Shown here: positions 19,142-28,525 of the stretch, in pieces
Layout of the letters: every line of letters begins with the position of its first letter
Numbering within the stretch: the first letter of the stretch is position 1
Sequence record: NC_019929.1
Length of the DNA: 64,000 nt
Reading direction: 5' to 3' (one strand)
Made by a program: the position numbers and the translations under genes
Notes under the pieces: model-generated
Seen by the model: only the letters and a program-made list of their open reading frames with translations
Told to the model about the DNA's origin: nothing
The model's database searches: none

Positions 19142-20404
19142 GTGACTACTGCTTATCAAGTGCGGGCCGACAGCGCTTTTGGCTTCTCTCGAGACACCCG
19201 TACCTGGGTAGCCATTGACGTCACGCAGCCCTTAAATACCTTGTGCACGAACTACCAGTTTTTCGAAGTTGGGGTATCCGCACTCGAGAAAGATTACACC
19301 TTCTTTAGCCAGTACCATCTGGCTGACCTGCAAAACCGTACCGACACCTTGCAGGACTGGTTGAACAGCAAAGCCGGTACTGTTATCACCACCCTGAAAG
19401 CAGGCTTACCGGTGCTGGAGTTTGTCGAAGCTCATTACCAGTCGATTAATGCGGACATCGGCGTAGAGACCCATCTGTGTCCACCGGGTTATCACTATAC
19501 CCAGGACTTCGCCTTAGAAGATGCGCATGATGTGGTGATTGTGGCTGACGACCAGTGGAAAGACAAATACCGTAATGCGGTGTTGTACAACATCAACGGT
19601 CAATGGGTACCGCACCAGAACGATGCCGTGGGCGTGCGTTTAAACGGCGCAGGTAACATCGTAAGACGTGCAGGCACACCGGACATAGGTTGCCTTGTCA
19701 TGGACGGGATTGGGGCAGTCAAGACCTATCCTATCGCCAATCTGACGATGAACAAGCTCGACACCACCCGCGACTACTATTCTACGTTAATGTTATCCTT
19801 GCCGGACTCGATTACCGGCAAGACCGTGGGGTTTGTCCTGGGGGGTATTCTGCACTGGTTACCTCCGCAGGGTTATTTCAGTGACAAAGCGATTATGCTG
19901 TCACTTCCGAACTTTGACGTGGCGCAGACCGTGCTGGAAACCCGGAAGTATTACGACTGGGATGCTATTGGTGTCGGGGATTTAGCCTCACCCACCAACG
20001 TACAGCGTATCCGTAACCCAGAAACCCTGAAAGCGTTACTGACCCACGAATCCTCGTTTGTGTTTACCATCGACAACCCGTATCTCGAACGGGAAAAGGT
20101 GGGAGTAAGCCACAATGCAGTCTGGGGACGGTTCTACCTGAAAGACCCAGCCGATCCTGACGGGAAGAAGCCTTTAGGTTTCTTGCAAAACCGGTTCGGT
20201 AAGACGGTGGCCTATTGGCCGACGTGGGAAGAAGGGGAATGGGTGTTCAATACCACCGAGTATGACCGCGCTAATTATGTGTTCGTCAATGCTCGCTGGC
20301 AGAACCAGAACAAAATCAACGACGCGCAAGCTATCGTCGGGCCACAAGGTGCCTGGGTAAAAGTGTACGTTGAGATGCATCGCTTCAAAGCACGAAAAAA
20401 ATAA
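19142..20404 (+). CDS. Hypothetical protein, probable virion structural protein
   Basis: 420 aa, GTG start with GGAGG; lies in the structural region. Confidence 0.7.
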   Translation: MTTAYQVRADSAFGFSRDTRTWVAIDVTQPLNTLCTNYQFFEVGVSALEKDYTFFSQYHLADLQNRTDTLQDWLNSKAGTVITTLKAGLPVLEFVEAHYQSINADIGVETHLCPPGYHYTQDFALEDAHDVVIVADDQWKDKYRNAVLYNINGQWVPHQNDAVGVRLNGAGNIVRRAGTPDIGCLVMDGIGAVKTYPIANLTMNKLDTTRDYYSTLMLSLPDSITGKTVGFVLGGILHWLPPQGYFSDKAIMLSLPNFDVAQTVLETRKYYDWDAIGVGDLASPTNVQRIRNPETLKALLTHESSFVFTIDNPYLEREKVGVSHNAVWGRFYLKDPADPDGKKPLGFLQNRFGKTVAYWPTWEEGEWVFNTTEYDRANYVFVNARWQNQNKINDAQAIVGPQGAWVKVYVEMHRFKARKK

Positions 20405-20409
20405 GGATA

Positions 20410-20452
20410 CTCCTACTCCCGTTTCGGGGAGTAGGAGACCTGCTTTTTTTTT
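20410..20452. terminator. Bidirectional intrinsic terminator
   Basis: CTCCTACTCCC-GTTTC-GGGGAGTAGGAG with A-tract before and T-tract after, between convergent genes. Confidence 0.8.
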
Positions 20453-20455
20453 CGC

Positions 20456-20671
20456 TTACTCTGCTTTGTAAACGATGGCGCTGCCGTGCTGCTGGTTGTT
20501 ACCAGAAATACCGATCACTTTGAACGCGTCGCCGCCAGCTTTCTCAGCTTCGACAGCCAGCTTTGCAGTTACGTCGTCAACAGTGCTACCGGTTGCAGTC
20601 ACATTACCGATTTTCTTGTAGTTCGCAGGAACGTCTTCGTTGCTTGCAATTTCTTTGATGCTCATTTCCAT
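20456..20671 (-). CDS. DUF1471 (BhsA/YdgH/McbA-like) domain protein without signal peptide
   Basis: KKIGNVTATGSTVDDVTAKLAVEAEKAGGDAFKVIGISGNNQQHGSAIVYK fits the DUF1471 pattern; GGAG upstream. Confidence 0.8.
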   Translation of the reverse strand: MEMSIKEIASNEDVPANYKKIGNVTATGSTVDDVTAKLAVEAEKAGGDAFKVIGISGNNQQHGSAIVYKAE

Positions 20672-20726
20672 ATCTCCATAGCAGTGGGAGTAGAAAGACC
20701 CTATGTCTTAATACCGTACATCTGTG

Positions 20727-20733
20727 CATACTA
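20727..20733 (-). promoter_or_regulatory. Candidate late promoter TAGTATG
   Basis: Same heptamer upstream of four minus-strand genes. Confidence 0.45.
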
Positions 20734-20748
20734 ACGGGCACAAACTGT

Positions 20749-20783
20749 AAAAAAGAATACCCTCCTACCCGAAGGTAAGAGGG
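20749..20783 (-). terminator. Intrinsic terminator after the spike gene
   Basis: CCCTCTTACC-TTCG-GGTAGGAGGG followed by a T-tract on the minus strand. Confidence 0.7.
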
Positions 20784-20898
20784 TTCTTCGCAACATCTTT
20801 TTTTGCTGAAAAAAGTGGCAACGCTTAACAAACGAGGGTTTGACCTCGAGAGTGAGGCATTAGGGGGTATGTTGCTATACTCATGGTGCTTGCCGTAA

Positions 20899-21825
20899 TT
20901 AATGCGGGGCGGATACGTCTTTACCGTCACCTTGTTCGGTGTGCGTGTGCACGGTGAACGTGATACCGTTAATGATTGCATCACTGACCGTGAACTTGCC
21001 AATACCGGTACCCTCGCCTTCGTACCTGAAGTCTTTGAGCACTTTAAGGTTGCCGGTGAACTCACCTTCCGCCCCGTCCATTTTCCACTTCGGTGTTTTA
21101 AAGGTAACGGATTCCGCAGCGTCGGTAATACGGACTTTACACTTCTCATTAATCGTCTGCGTTTCCAGATTGATGGAGCGCTTCGAGAACAAGAAGATGT
21201 CTTCTTTATTGATGTTGATTTTAGACAGCATCGGGTTCTCAAACCCAAGGTCATCTTCCACCGAGTTCATGTAGAACTTGTTACCCTTCTGGTCAACGCA
21301 CTGCCATGTCCCGTTGGCGTTGTCGAACTGGAACAAGAACGCAGCTTTCTCGCCGTTCAACATAGTGGTACGTAAAGTGATGTGTTTGTCGATACTCGAG
21401 ACGTTTAACACGTACGCATTCGACAGGTCATCCGCCATCTGGTTCTCAGGGTCAGCTGACCACGCATACACTGCATCTTCCAGACGCTTCACGTTGGCAA
21501 AGTTCAAATCAATCCAGAAGTAAATGTCGGTCTTCCCTAAACGGAGAATCAACACGTAATCTTCTTTCTTTACATCGGGGGGATTCACCCGGTTCGAGTT
21601 GAACTTCCACCACTTCGCGGTAATCGCGTTACCGGTCGTGACTTCTAAGTTGTCCATCGCGTTTTCGGATGCGTGCTGCTTTTCGTTCGGGGACTCAATC
21701 GATTGTACTTGAGTCGGGTTTACAAAATTGGTTTCGATAGGAATTATCTTGCATCGTTCGTTACCGCGGGGTTTATCTTCTGCCACGATACCGATCGAGA
21801 AGAAATCCACACTGGACTTTTCCAT
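20899..21825 (-). CDS. Baseplate central spike (gpV/gp138-like; phiKZ gp164-like)
   Basis: OB-fold-like N-terminus (GIVAEDK..W..PPDV..V..LRLG..YFW), beta-strand repeats, terminal HTH metal-binding apex motif. Confidence 0.75.
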   Translation of the reverse strand: MEKSSVDFFSIGIVAEDKPRGNERCKIIPIETNFVNPTQVQSIESPNEKQHASENAMDNLEVTTGNAITAKWWKFNSNRVNPPDVKKEDYVLILRLGKTDIYFWIDLNFANVKRLEDAVYAWSADPENQMADDLSNAYVLNVSSIDKHITLRTTMLNGEKAAFLFQFDNANGTWQCVDQKGNKFYMNSVEDDLGFENPMLSKININKEDIFLFSKRSINLETQTINEKCKVRITDAAESVTFKTPKWKMDGAEGEFTGNLKVLKDFRYEGEGTGIGKFTVSDAIINGITFTVHTHTEQGDGKDVSAPH

Positions 21826-21842
21826 ACAGCACTCCTCTTCGT

Positions 21843-21849
21843 CATACTA
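21843..21849 (-). promoter_or_regulatory. Candidate late promoter TAGTATG
   Basis: About 18 nt upstream of the spike ATG. Confidence 0.45.
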
Positions 21850-22002
21850 TCTTCTTTTTTACGTTTTGGTTTATTCATCTGCTAGGGAGGTGTGCCTGGG
21901 GGACCGGGGGCGATCTATTAGCGGAGGTGACAACGGTCACCGACATCCTTATTCCAAGGAACGCAGTGACATCCTTATTCGTCTTTTAACAGGAAGAGAA
22001 CC

Positions 22003-22320
22003 ATGTCGTTATTTGCAGTTGTGACTGAACACTTAAAACGTCAGGAAAACGAAGCCGCCCTTACCGCTATTAAAACTGCGTCCGGGGGAAAGCTCAACGG
22101 GGTGTTAGATAACCGCCGCCGGATACGAGCCTATATGGTCGGGGAAGATGACACCTTCTATTCTGACCTCAGTAACCGGGTGGTAAGCTGTGCGGTGCTG
22201 GTCATTCCAGACGGTACCTTTGACCAGTTCGAAAACGGCAAGCAATACGGTGAGTTGATGAACAATTACTCGACGCTGAACCTGCGTATTGATGACGCGA
22301 TTATCATCGTGGCTTGCTGA
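22003..22320 (+). CDS. Hypothetical protein
   Basis: 105 aa with AGGAAG upstream. Confidence 0.7.
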   Translation: MSLFAVVTEHLKRQENEAALTAIKTASGGKLNGVLDNRRRIRAYMVGEDDTFYSDLSNRVVSCAVLVIPDGTFDQFENGKQYGELMNNYSTLNLRIDDAIIIVAC

Positions 22321-22333
22321 TTACAATTATTCA

Positions 22334-22346
22334 CAGATATATATCA
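22334..22346 (+). promoter_or_regulatory. Candidate early promoter motif AGATATATAT
   Basis: Recurs in AT-rich gaps upstream of + strand operons. Confidence 0.4.
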
Positions 22347-22438
22347 TCCTAGTGAGTGATGTTCCTTATCGCTTAAATACCGACTGTGCTTTAGTCACAG
22401 CTTTTCGGTCAATTAGTGTTATTTACAGGAAACAAAAA

Positions 22439-23110
22439 ATGAAACGTGAACAAATGATTGAAATGGCAGCAAAAGGTTTGATGATTCTGTTACGGGATAC
22501 GCTGGAAGCGGAGAAGCGTACCCCAGAATTGATGCAGCCTTTGCTGGAAGATGCGGTTGACGCGTTCCTGCAACCGAACATGGATATCCGGGTACGGACG
22601 AACTGGGTACCTACCGAGATTTCCCCGGTGATGATTGGGCAGGATGGTTGGATTGCACCGACGGATGAAATGCTCCGTATTCCGCCGGTCTCAATAATCA
22701 TGATTCGTCTGCAAGAGCTGGCGAACGTTAACGTAGTGCGCGTCGGCATTAATGCGTGGACAAAGCCCGAGAGCATTGGCCATGGCCCGCAAGCCGCGTT
22801 CGTTATCTGGGTACAGGCCGGTGATGGCCCGGTGCACTCACTGCACATTCGTACCGAGACTTTCCCGCGCGGTCTTCCAAGTCACACCAAACAATACATT
22901 CCGGATGTCGACAGCCGTTCTATCAACGAACCCTGCTACCTGATGTCCGCGAAAGACGTGCGCAACATCTTCGGTGGTCACTACCCAGAATACTGGGAGT
23001 TCGAAAAGCTCAAGAAGCTGGCCGAAGGGTTGGGTTGGTACGAAGTGGAACAGCACGGTAACCAAATCCTGTTCCGCGCCAAACTCGCTATCCGTCGGGA
23101 GGAAGCGTAA
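22439..23110 (+). CDS. Hypothetical protein (223 aa)
   Basis: ATG 22439 after AGGAAAC; coupled to the next gene (TAATG). Confidence 0.75.
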   Translation: MKREQMIEMAAKGLMILLRDTLEAEKRTPELMQPLLEDAVDAFLQPNMDIRVRTNWVPTEISPVMIGQDGWIAPTDEMLRIPPVSIIMIRLQELANVNVVRVGINAWTKPESIGHGPQAAFVIWVQAGDGPVHSLHIRTETFPRGLPSHTKQYIPDVDSRSINEPCYLMSAKDVRNIFGGHYPEYWEFEKLKKLAEGLGWYEVEQHGNQILFRAKLAIRREEA

Positions 23111-23691
23111 TGGCTAAGGTTACCATTGAACAGCGCGAGATGAATTTCGACGAGCTGAAAGAACGTTACAGTGTGAAAGCCCCACGGGTCGTTGAAAGCT
23201 GCGAGAAGTATGCCGAGGCTGAACTAGTGGTCTTCCAGCAGGATAAGCTGCCTCTGATGGTGTTCGTGAAAACGTTCATCACCGAAGGCACGATGAAGCT
23301 CTGCTGTTTGACCAATGTGATTTCTAGTACGCTTGAAGTGGACGTGACGTTGATGCGCCGTTACAAAGACGCCTACATGAAGAAGGTCAATCTCGTGACC
23401 TTTGACTTCCCGCGTTCGATTATGGTGAACGGGTGCCGTCCTGCGATTCTGCGTTTCTCCCATCTGGAAGAAGATGAGCAGCCGGTGGAGAAATTCCAGC
23501 CGTACTCCATTACGCAGGAAACGTACCAACAGCGTGGCGGGTTAGATTGGCTGGACACGGTTGCTCCCAATATCTCCCGTGGGCAGGAAGTGCATCTTAT
23601 CTGCTATAACCCGGCGATTGAGCACACCATCTCCCGTCATCTGGTTGAGCAACACGGCTTCCAGCAACACCGTGCTATTTACATTCCGTAG
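23110..23691 (+). CDS. Hypothetical protein
   Basis: 193-aa ORF, translationally coupled. Confidence 0.75.
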   Translation: MAKVTIEQREMNFDELKERYSVKAPRVVESCEKYAEAELVVFQQDKLPLMVFVKTFITEGTMKLCCLTNVISSTLEVDVTLMRRYKDAYMKKVNLVTFDFPRSIMVNGCRPAILRFSHLEEDEQPVEKFQPYSITQETYQQRGGLDWLDTVAPNISRGQEVHLICYNPAIEHTISRHLVEQHGFQQHRAIYIP

Positions 23692-23699
23692 GAGCTGCT

Positions 23700-24260
23700 A
23701 TGCGTGTTGTTGAAATTCGTAAAGATGTCTGGATGGAGTCGATTGCTGAAAGCGGTGGTTGGGAAGGGATTGAAGCAGACCTGCCTGAAACCAATGACGC
23801 CCCGTTGGTGCTATTGGTACAGGCGAAAGGCGAGCGTTTAATCCGCGGTATCTTCCACCGGGTAAATCTGGTTAACCCGCTGCTACGCGCCACCGCAGTG
23901 GGGTTATCTGAAATTGACCCAGATTGGTTTAAAGACTACATCAAACGCAAATCACCGAACAACGTGATTAACATTGAGCTGTGCGATGAAACCCGCATGG
24001 CGAGATTACAACCAACTGCGTTGTGTATTTACGATCCTAATCTGGAACAGGATACCCCGTCTGATATCAATCTCAAACTGGGTACCATTCTGGAGAGTAA
24101 CATTGTTCGTTTGGTCACGGACACGTTAGAGCATCTACAACCCCCGATGCTGATTATCCGTAATCCGAACGGGCTGGCGTTAGACCACCTGATGAATTAC
24201 CTCGAACACAACACGACCTATCTGGTTAACTCCAGAACTTACACCCTTAAAGGAGAATGA
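23700..24260 (+). CDS. Hypothetical protein
   Basis: 186 aa, AGGAG upstream. Confidence 0.75.
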   Translation: MRVVEIRKDVWMESIAESGGWEGIEADLPETNDAPLVLLVQAKGERLIRGIFHRVNLVNPLLRATAVGLSEIDPDWFKDYIKRKSPNNVINIELCDETRMARLQPTALCIYDPNLEQDTPSDINLKLGTILESNIVRLVTDTLEHLQPPMLIIRNPNGLALDHLMNYLEHNTTYLVNSRTYTLKGE

Positions 24261-24793
24261 AAATGCAATACGAAGGCTACGTTGTAACCCAGCAACCGTT
24301 TGTTGACACTAACCTGATGCGTTCTCAGGTCGTCTACGCTGATAAAGGTGCAGCGGTAGAAATCGCCCGCAGCCGACCTACTGGTCAACATATTAGCAAG
24401 GTGTCTATCGACATCACCAACCCGTTCATCACCGACAAGACCGACCCGTTCGTGGACATTGGCAAAATCAAACCATACGTCTCGCGTGAGCAGTTCCAAC
24501 AAATCGCGCAGGGTAATCCGGTCGAGCTGACCGAAACCAACGAATGGGAACGGATTCAGGAACGTCATCCGGGCTTAGGTCTGATGGAAGTGTTCCACGA
24601 ATTCCCGGACGAGTTCGATAAGCTGCCGATGTGGGCTGAGCAGCTTTATAACAGCACCACTGTTCACGATATGTTAGTCATGAACAATTTCGACGGGGCA
24701 ATCCATGCCGTTCATGGGCCGTATCCGGGTGCCGTTGCCTACCACACTTTCCACCCCGCACGCATTACCTTCATTAAAAAGGTAAGCCTGTAA
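24257..24793 (+). CDS. Hypothetical protein with possible divergent ADP-ribosyltransferase-like (ART-PolyVal) fold
   Basis: Motif order VYADKGAAVEIA..KVSIDITNP..NFDGAIH..YHTFHPARI resembles YF..A..YA..vyl.ikNP..gyDGii..yvvf.p.qi; N-terminal HG motif absent. Confidence 0.4.
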   Translation: MKMQYEGYVVTQQPFVDTNLMRSQVVYADKGAAVEIARSRPTGQHISKVSIDITNPFITDKTDPFVDIGKIKPYVSREQFQQIAQGNPVELTETNEWERIQERHPGLGLMEVFHEFPDEFDKLPMWAEQLYNSTTVHDMLVMNNFDGAIHAVHGPYPGAVAYHTFHPARITFIKKVSL

Positions 24794-24800
24794 GTTGTAC

Positions 24801-24837
24801 GGTAGAGACCTCCGGGTCTCTACCTTTCTCTTTTTTT
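24801..24837 (+). terminator. Intrinsic terminator
   Basis: GGTAGAGACC-TCCG-GGTCTCTACC plus T-tract. Confidence 0.85.
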
Positions 24838-24868
24838 ACACTTAAGCCTAATATTAGTAGGGGCATCG

Positions 24869-25441
24869 ATGTTACAACTCCAATTGCACGAAAACGCCAC
24901 CCAGTTAAAGAACTGGGCCAAAGGTGATCACCTACCGAAAGGTGCGACATTATCCAGCGTGTCTATCCTGTTTAACGATGACACTAATCGGGTATTGACC
25001 CTGAACGACCCCGCGACGAATCTGCCTCTGGGTATCTTTGTTGACGAGTGTCATGGGCTGTTGCACACCATCCGCCCGGTCTTCTGGGACGCCTCCCTGC
25101 AAGGTGAGGTTAAGCTGGACGCATTCAAAGAGTACAGCAAAGACCGCTGCTACTTAGAAGCGTTCCTCTTATTACCGCCGGGACTGGTGAAAGCGGTGTA
25201 CGGAAAAATCCGCTACCGCATCTGGGTACCTGAGAAGGCACCACTGGGTCGGACGCTCACGAATTTCAATCTCTACATCGACGGGATGTGGAAAATGAAA
25301 CTGGATCTGGTCGAAGGGCACCCGGATTTAAATCTGATGCTGATTCGTACCTATGGCTTTGCCGGGACGGAATACAATATGGTCTCGGCACGGTTAAAGC
25401 AACTCGGTTTTAAGCGTACCGCTACAGCATTCGTAATATAA
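24869..25441 (+). CDS. Hypothetical protein
   Basis: 190-aa ORF, GGGG upstream. Confidence 0.7.
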   Translation: MLQLQLHENATQLKNWAKGDHLPKGATLSSVSILFNDDTNRVLTLNDPATNLPLGIFVDECHGLLHTIRPVFWDASLQGEVKLDAFKEYSKDRCYLEAFLLLPPGLVKAVYGKIRYRIWVPEKAPLGRTLTNFNLYIDGMWKMKLDLVEGHPDLNLMLIRTYGFAGTEYNMVSARLKQLGFKRTATAFVI

Positions 25442-25448
25442 ATCATTT

Positions 25449-25462
25449 CAGATATATATTAC
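25449..25462 (+). promoter_or_regulatory. Candidate early promoter CAGATATATATTAC
   Basis: Matches the 22334 motif and contains TATTAC, the phiKZ early-promoter core as recalled. Confidence 0.45.
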
Positions 25463-25573
25463 TTAGGTGAGCATTGAATGTCTCAATGCTTTTATAACCC
25501 GGTAGACTACCTGTATCTAACCCTGTCCCAAATACGTTGGACAGCCAGAGTCAGTCCGCCAAAGGAGAGTATC

Positions 25574-26878
25574 ATGGTTTGGAACGTAGACGTTTTCGTT
25601 AAGTCATTAAACATCCCCGGTTTTCAGGTGTTTGTTGAAAGTATCGACATCCCTAAAGTAGGGGACTTCACCGGGGTAGATTACCGGAAGCGCCAGAAAT
25701 TCATTGACGGTCTGGTCTCTTGGTTACAGTTGAAAAACCTGCACCTGCCGGAAATCGCCTGGGAAGTATCTGACATGCAGTACGGTGTCGTGGTGCGTAC
25801 CCAGGACGAACACCCGGAATTGAAAAAGACCGTGGTCGAGTTTGTGAACGATCAGATTTCCTACATGCTAACCCACGGCACGTTTGCTGAGTTTGCCTAT
25901 GATAAGTATTTCTGGGTGGATGCTGACGTAATGCCTAAGCAGGACACCCCTGACGTGAGCGAGGTGGGTAAAGCGCTTTACGAAGCAGCCCCCAATACCG
26001 TCAGGAAAAAGTTAGAGGAGTCTCCGTTCCCGCACAAACTACTTGAGCGTATCAACGATATGCTTCCTCCGGCAGTTAACGAGCGTGTGGTACGTGACTT
26101 CAATATCATGCTGCCACGCGAACAGGTGCTGCGGTCGTTGAATGGTTATCTGCGGGGACTGACGAAGTATTTCAGTAACGAGGTAGAAAACCTTCGCTAC
26201 AAGTGGCTCGAGTTGAAAGAGTGCCCGGCCACAAGCGTTCAGCACCTGACGCGCATTCCGTGCACCCGTGAAGAAGCGAGTCACATCGTGCTGGGTGTTG
26301 AAATACGCGGCCACAGCTTCGAGCACCTGGTTGCGGTAAGCGATATATTGGCGGCAACGCGTTTCCACCAGATGAACTCGGTGGATTTCGAATACCCGTT
26401 CTGGTTACCGGCACCGCAAGAGTGGGCACAGCCGTTGAAAGAGAGCGCTGGGTTAGATCCGTACTATACCCACGCAATCGACAACATGGATGCGAAAGAG
26501 AAACTGGATTTGGAGTTCCACCGCTTCCAGGAAAACCTGTCGCAGTTAATGGCCACGACACTGTATCGGGCGACTGATAATAAGCTGCCCCAACAAAACG
26601 ATGGGTTCATTCCACTACGTGCCGTTGAAACGTTGCTGGAAGATTTCGAGAAGTGGCTTGGATGGAACTTCTCCAACCTTCTTTATCCGGAGTTGGGCGA
26701 GTGGTCATTAAAGACCCACAAGTCAGACACCACTACGGTGACGGCGGAGATTGTCGACACGGTATCCTTTAAACGGTATATCGTGGCGTTCAACTACGAC
26801 GATTACTTCAAAGGGCATATTGCCGCAGGGCTAGATTGGCACCCTGAAGCGCGCACCTTCTGGCGCTTACCAAGCTAA
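25574..26878 (+). CDS. Hypothetical protein (434 aa)
   Basis: ATG 25574 with AAGGAG; long open frame. Confidence 0.75.
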   Translation: MVWNVDVFVKSLNIPGFQVFVESIDIPKVGDFTGVDYRKRQKFIDGLVSWLQLKNLHLPEIAWEVSDMQYGVVVRTQDEHPELKKTVVEFVNDQISYMLTHGTFAEFAYDKYFWVDADVMPKQDTPDVSEVGKALYEAAPNTVRKKLEESPFPHKLLERINDMLPPAVNERVVRDFNIMLPREQVLRSLNGYLRGLTKYFSNEVENLRYKWLELKECPATSVQHLTRIPCTREEASHIVLGVEIRGHSFEHLVAVSDILAATRFHQMNSVDFEYPFWLPAPQEWAQPLKESAGLDPYYTHAIDNMDAKEKLDLEFHRFQENLSQLMATTLYRATDNKLPQQNDGFIPLRAVETLLEDFEKWLGWNFSNLLYPELGEWSLKTHKSDTTTVTAEIVDTVSFKRYIVAFNYDDYFKGHIAAGLDWHPEARTFWRLPS

Positions 26879-26882
26879 TTGT

Positions 26883-26918
26883 TAGGCGACCTTCGGGTCG
26901 CCTACTTTCTATTTATTT
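26883..26918 (+). terminator. Intrinsic terminator
   Basis: TAGGCGACC-TTCG-GGTCGCCTA plus T-rich tract. Confidence 0.75.
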
Positions 26919-26932
26919 CACCGGGGACCATC

Positions 26933-27172
26933 ATGGAACTTATCATCGCCGATCGTGCTGGTAAGACTGTGGAGCGTTACAGAGTTATTTACTGTAGCCA
27001 AGCTTTGGATGATGTCATGCACTTTGTGGCCTATCCAGACGGGTATGTTATACCCATTAGTCGCGAAATTAGAGAATGCAAAGTTCCACTTACCGCGACT
27101 ATCCTCGCTTTAAACATCGCCACTCAAGAATCACGACGGTTCGAGATTGGCCAATATAAACTGTTAAATTAA
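26933..27172 (+). CDS. Hypothetical protein (79 aa)
   Basis: ATG 26933 after GGGGA. Confidence 0.6.
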   Translation: MELIIADRAGKTVERYRVIYCSQALDDVMHFVAYPDGYVIPISREIRECKVPLTATILALNIATQESRRFEIGQYKLLN

Positions 27173-27191
27173 TTCGACTATTGAGAAGAAT

Positions 27192-27626
27192 ATGAAAATC
27201 AAAACTTTCCTGAAAGTGGTTATTGCTGTTTGCGTTATCGGTGTGTTTCTGACGTATCTCGTGCCTGAGAAAGCGTTGGCGGATTCTATCCCTGCCGACG
27301 AAGCCTCTATGTTAAACCCGGACGAAGAACCGGTGTTAATGAAGAAGGTCGAGACGCTCAACATCTATAAGCTCATGGCAGCAGGTAAGTGTACGGGATT
27401 GGTCATTGAAGACGCAGACAAACGCCGCGGACATAAAGTCTATCAGCGGTTATACGACATCAGCTGTACCCAACCGGATATTTCGTCCGTGAGCGTACAG
27501 CCTCTCGAGCTGCCCAATCTCGTCGCCATTGATTTCTTTCACAATGCGACCATGGTTGGGAGAGTCACCCTCAATCGTGGAGATATAAAGGATGAAATCG
27601 TATCGCACAAACGCACACGCCATTAA
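27192..27626 (+). CDS. Secreted or membrane-anchored hypothetical protein
   Basis: Basic N-terminus, hydrophobic stretch, ALA-type cleavage site; two Cys in the mature part. Confidence 0.7.
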   Translation: MKIKTFLKVVIAVCVIGVFLTYLVPEKALADSIPADEASMLNPDEEPVLMKKVETLNIYKLMAAGKCTGLVIEDADKRRGHKVYQRLYDISCTQPDISSVSVQPLELPNLVAIDFFHNATMVGRVTLNRGDIKDEIVSHKRTRH

Positions 27627-28077
27627 AGTTATCCTGTTCACCGTGTTCCTGATGGGTATCGTGTTGTTCGCCCATCAGGCAAACGCTAACATTGAAAACG
27701 GGTGGTCTGGGAGTGTCTCTGGCGGTATCCCGGCCATCACCAAAGAATCCAGCTCAGGTAAACCATTCTGGTGCAATCAGTATGGTTTACTGCACAAAAC
27801 ATGTCGGGTCACTGACATCTCGCCTAGCAAGCGAATTGCAATCGTCAACCAGCCTCGTCCGGATGCCAATTGTCCGAATGGGGTCTGGGGTATCGTTGAC
27901 CGGTTGTCTGGTGTTGCTATGACGCTTTATCCAAACGATAAAGTGACTTTCGAAGAATATTGTCGTGGCAATTTCAAAGTGGGGTTTGTACATACCCGCA
28001 ATCCGAACTCCCTGGCAGATGTAGTGATGTACTTTAACAATAAGCCAGTGGAATCTTTAGAATACGTTACGGAGTAG
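27592..28077 (+). CDS. Secreted Cys-containing protein (paralog family)
   Basis: Signal peptide ending ANA; FWC..TC..NCP..WG.V pattern. Confidence 0.75.
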   Translation: MKSYRTNAHAIKVILFTVFLMGIVLFAHQANANIENGWSGSVSGGIPAITKESSSGKPFWCNQYGLLHKTCRVTDISPSKRIAIVNQPRPDANCPNGVWGIVDRLSGVAMTLYPNDKVTFEEYCRGNFKVGFVHTRNPNSLADVVMYFNNKPVESLEYVTE

Positions 28078-28100
28078 TTCTCTACTTAAAGGGTGTAATC

Positions 28101-28514
28101 ATGAAACATTTCATGCTTCCATTGTTGTTTGCTGCACTGGTGAGTTTCTTCGCTAACGCTGCGGCACCGACCGTCGAATTGCCAAGGCAGGTTACGGATG
28201 TGTCGGACGGTTCGCTGTTCTGGTGTCAGAACAGCGATGTGGCGGATAAATCTTGTAACATTATCGCGCTCTCGGATAATGCCCGTTATGCGTTGGTCAA
28301 GATAGTTGGGGGTGTAGGTTGCCCCGACCCGCAATACGGCGTCATCAATCTCTCGACCGGTAAGGCGGGGATTATGATGTACAACAACAACCAAACGTGT
28401 CGCGGAGAGGCGGTGGCAGAATTTGCCCGCTCCCCCGAGGATAATACGTTGACCGTTATCCTGTACGACCCGACCAATCGCAAGAACGTCGGGGTTAACT
28501 CAATTACTTATTAA
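28101..28514 (+). CDS. Secreted Cys-containing protein (paralog family)
   Basis: Signal peptide ending ANA; FWC..SC..GCP..YGVI..TC. Confidence 0.8.
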   Translation: MKHFMLPLLFAALVSFFANAAAPTVELPRQVTDVSDGSLFWCQNSDVADKSCNIIALSDNARYALVKIVGGVGCPDPQYGVINLSTGKAGIMMYNNNQTCRGEAVAEFARSPEDNTLTVILYDPTNRKNVGVNSITY

Positions 28515-28525
28515 GGACTGTTGCC

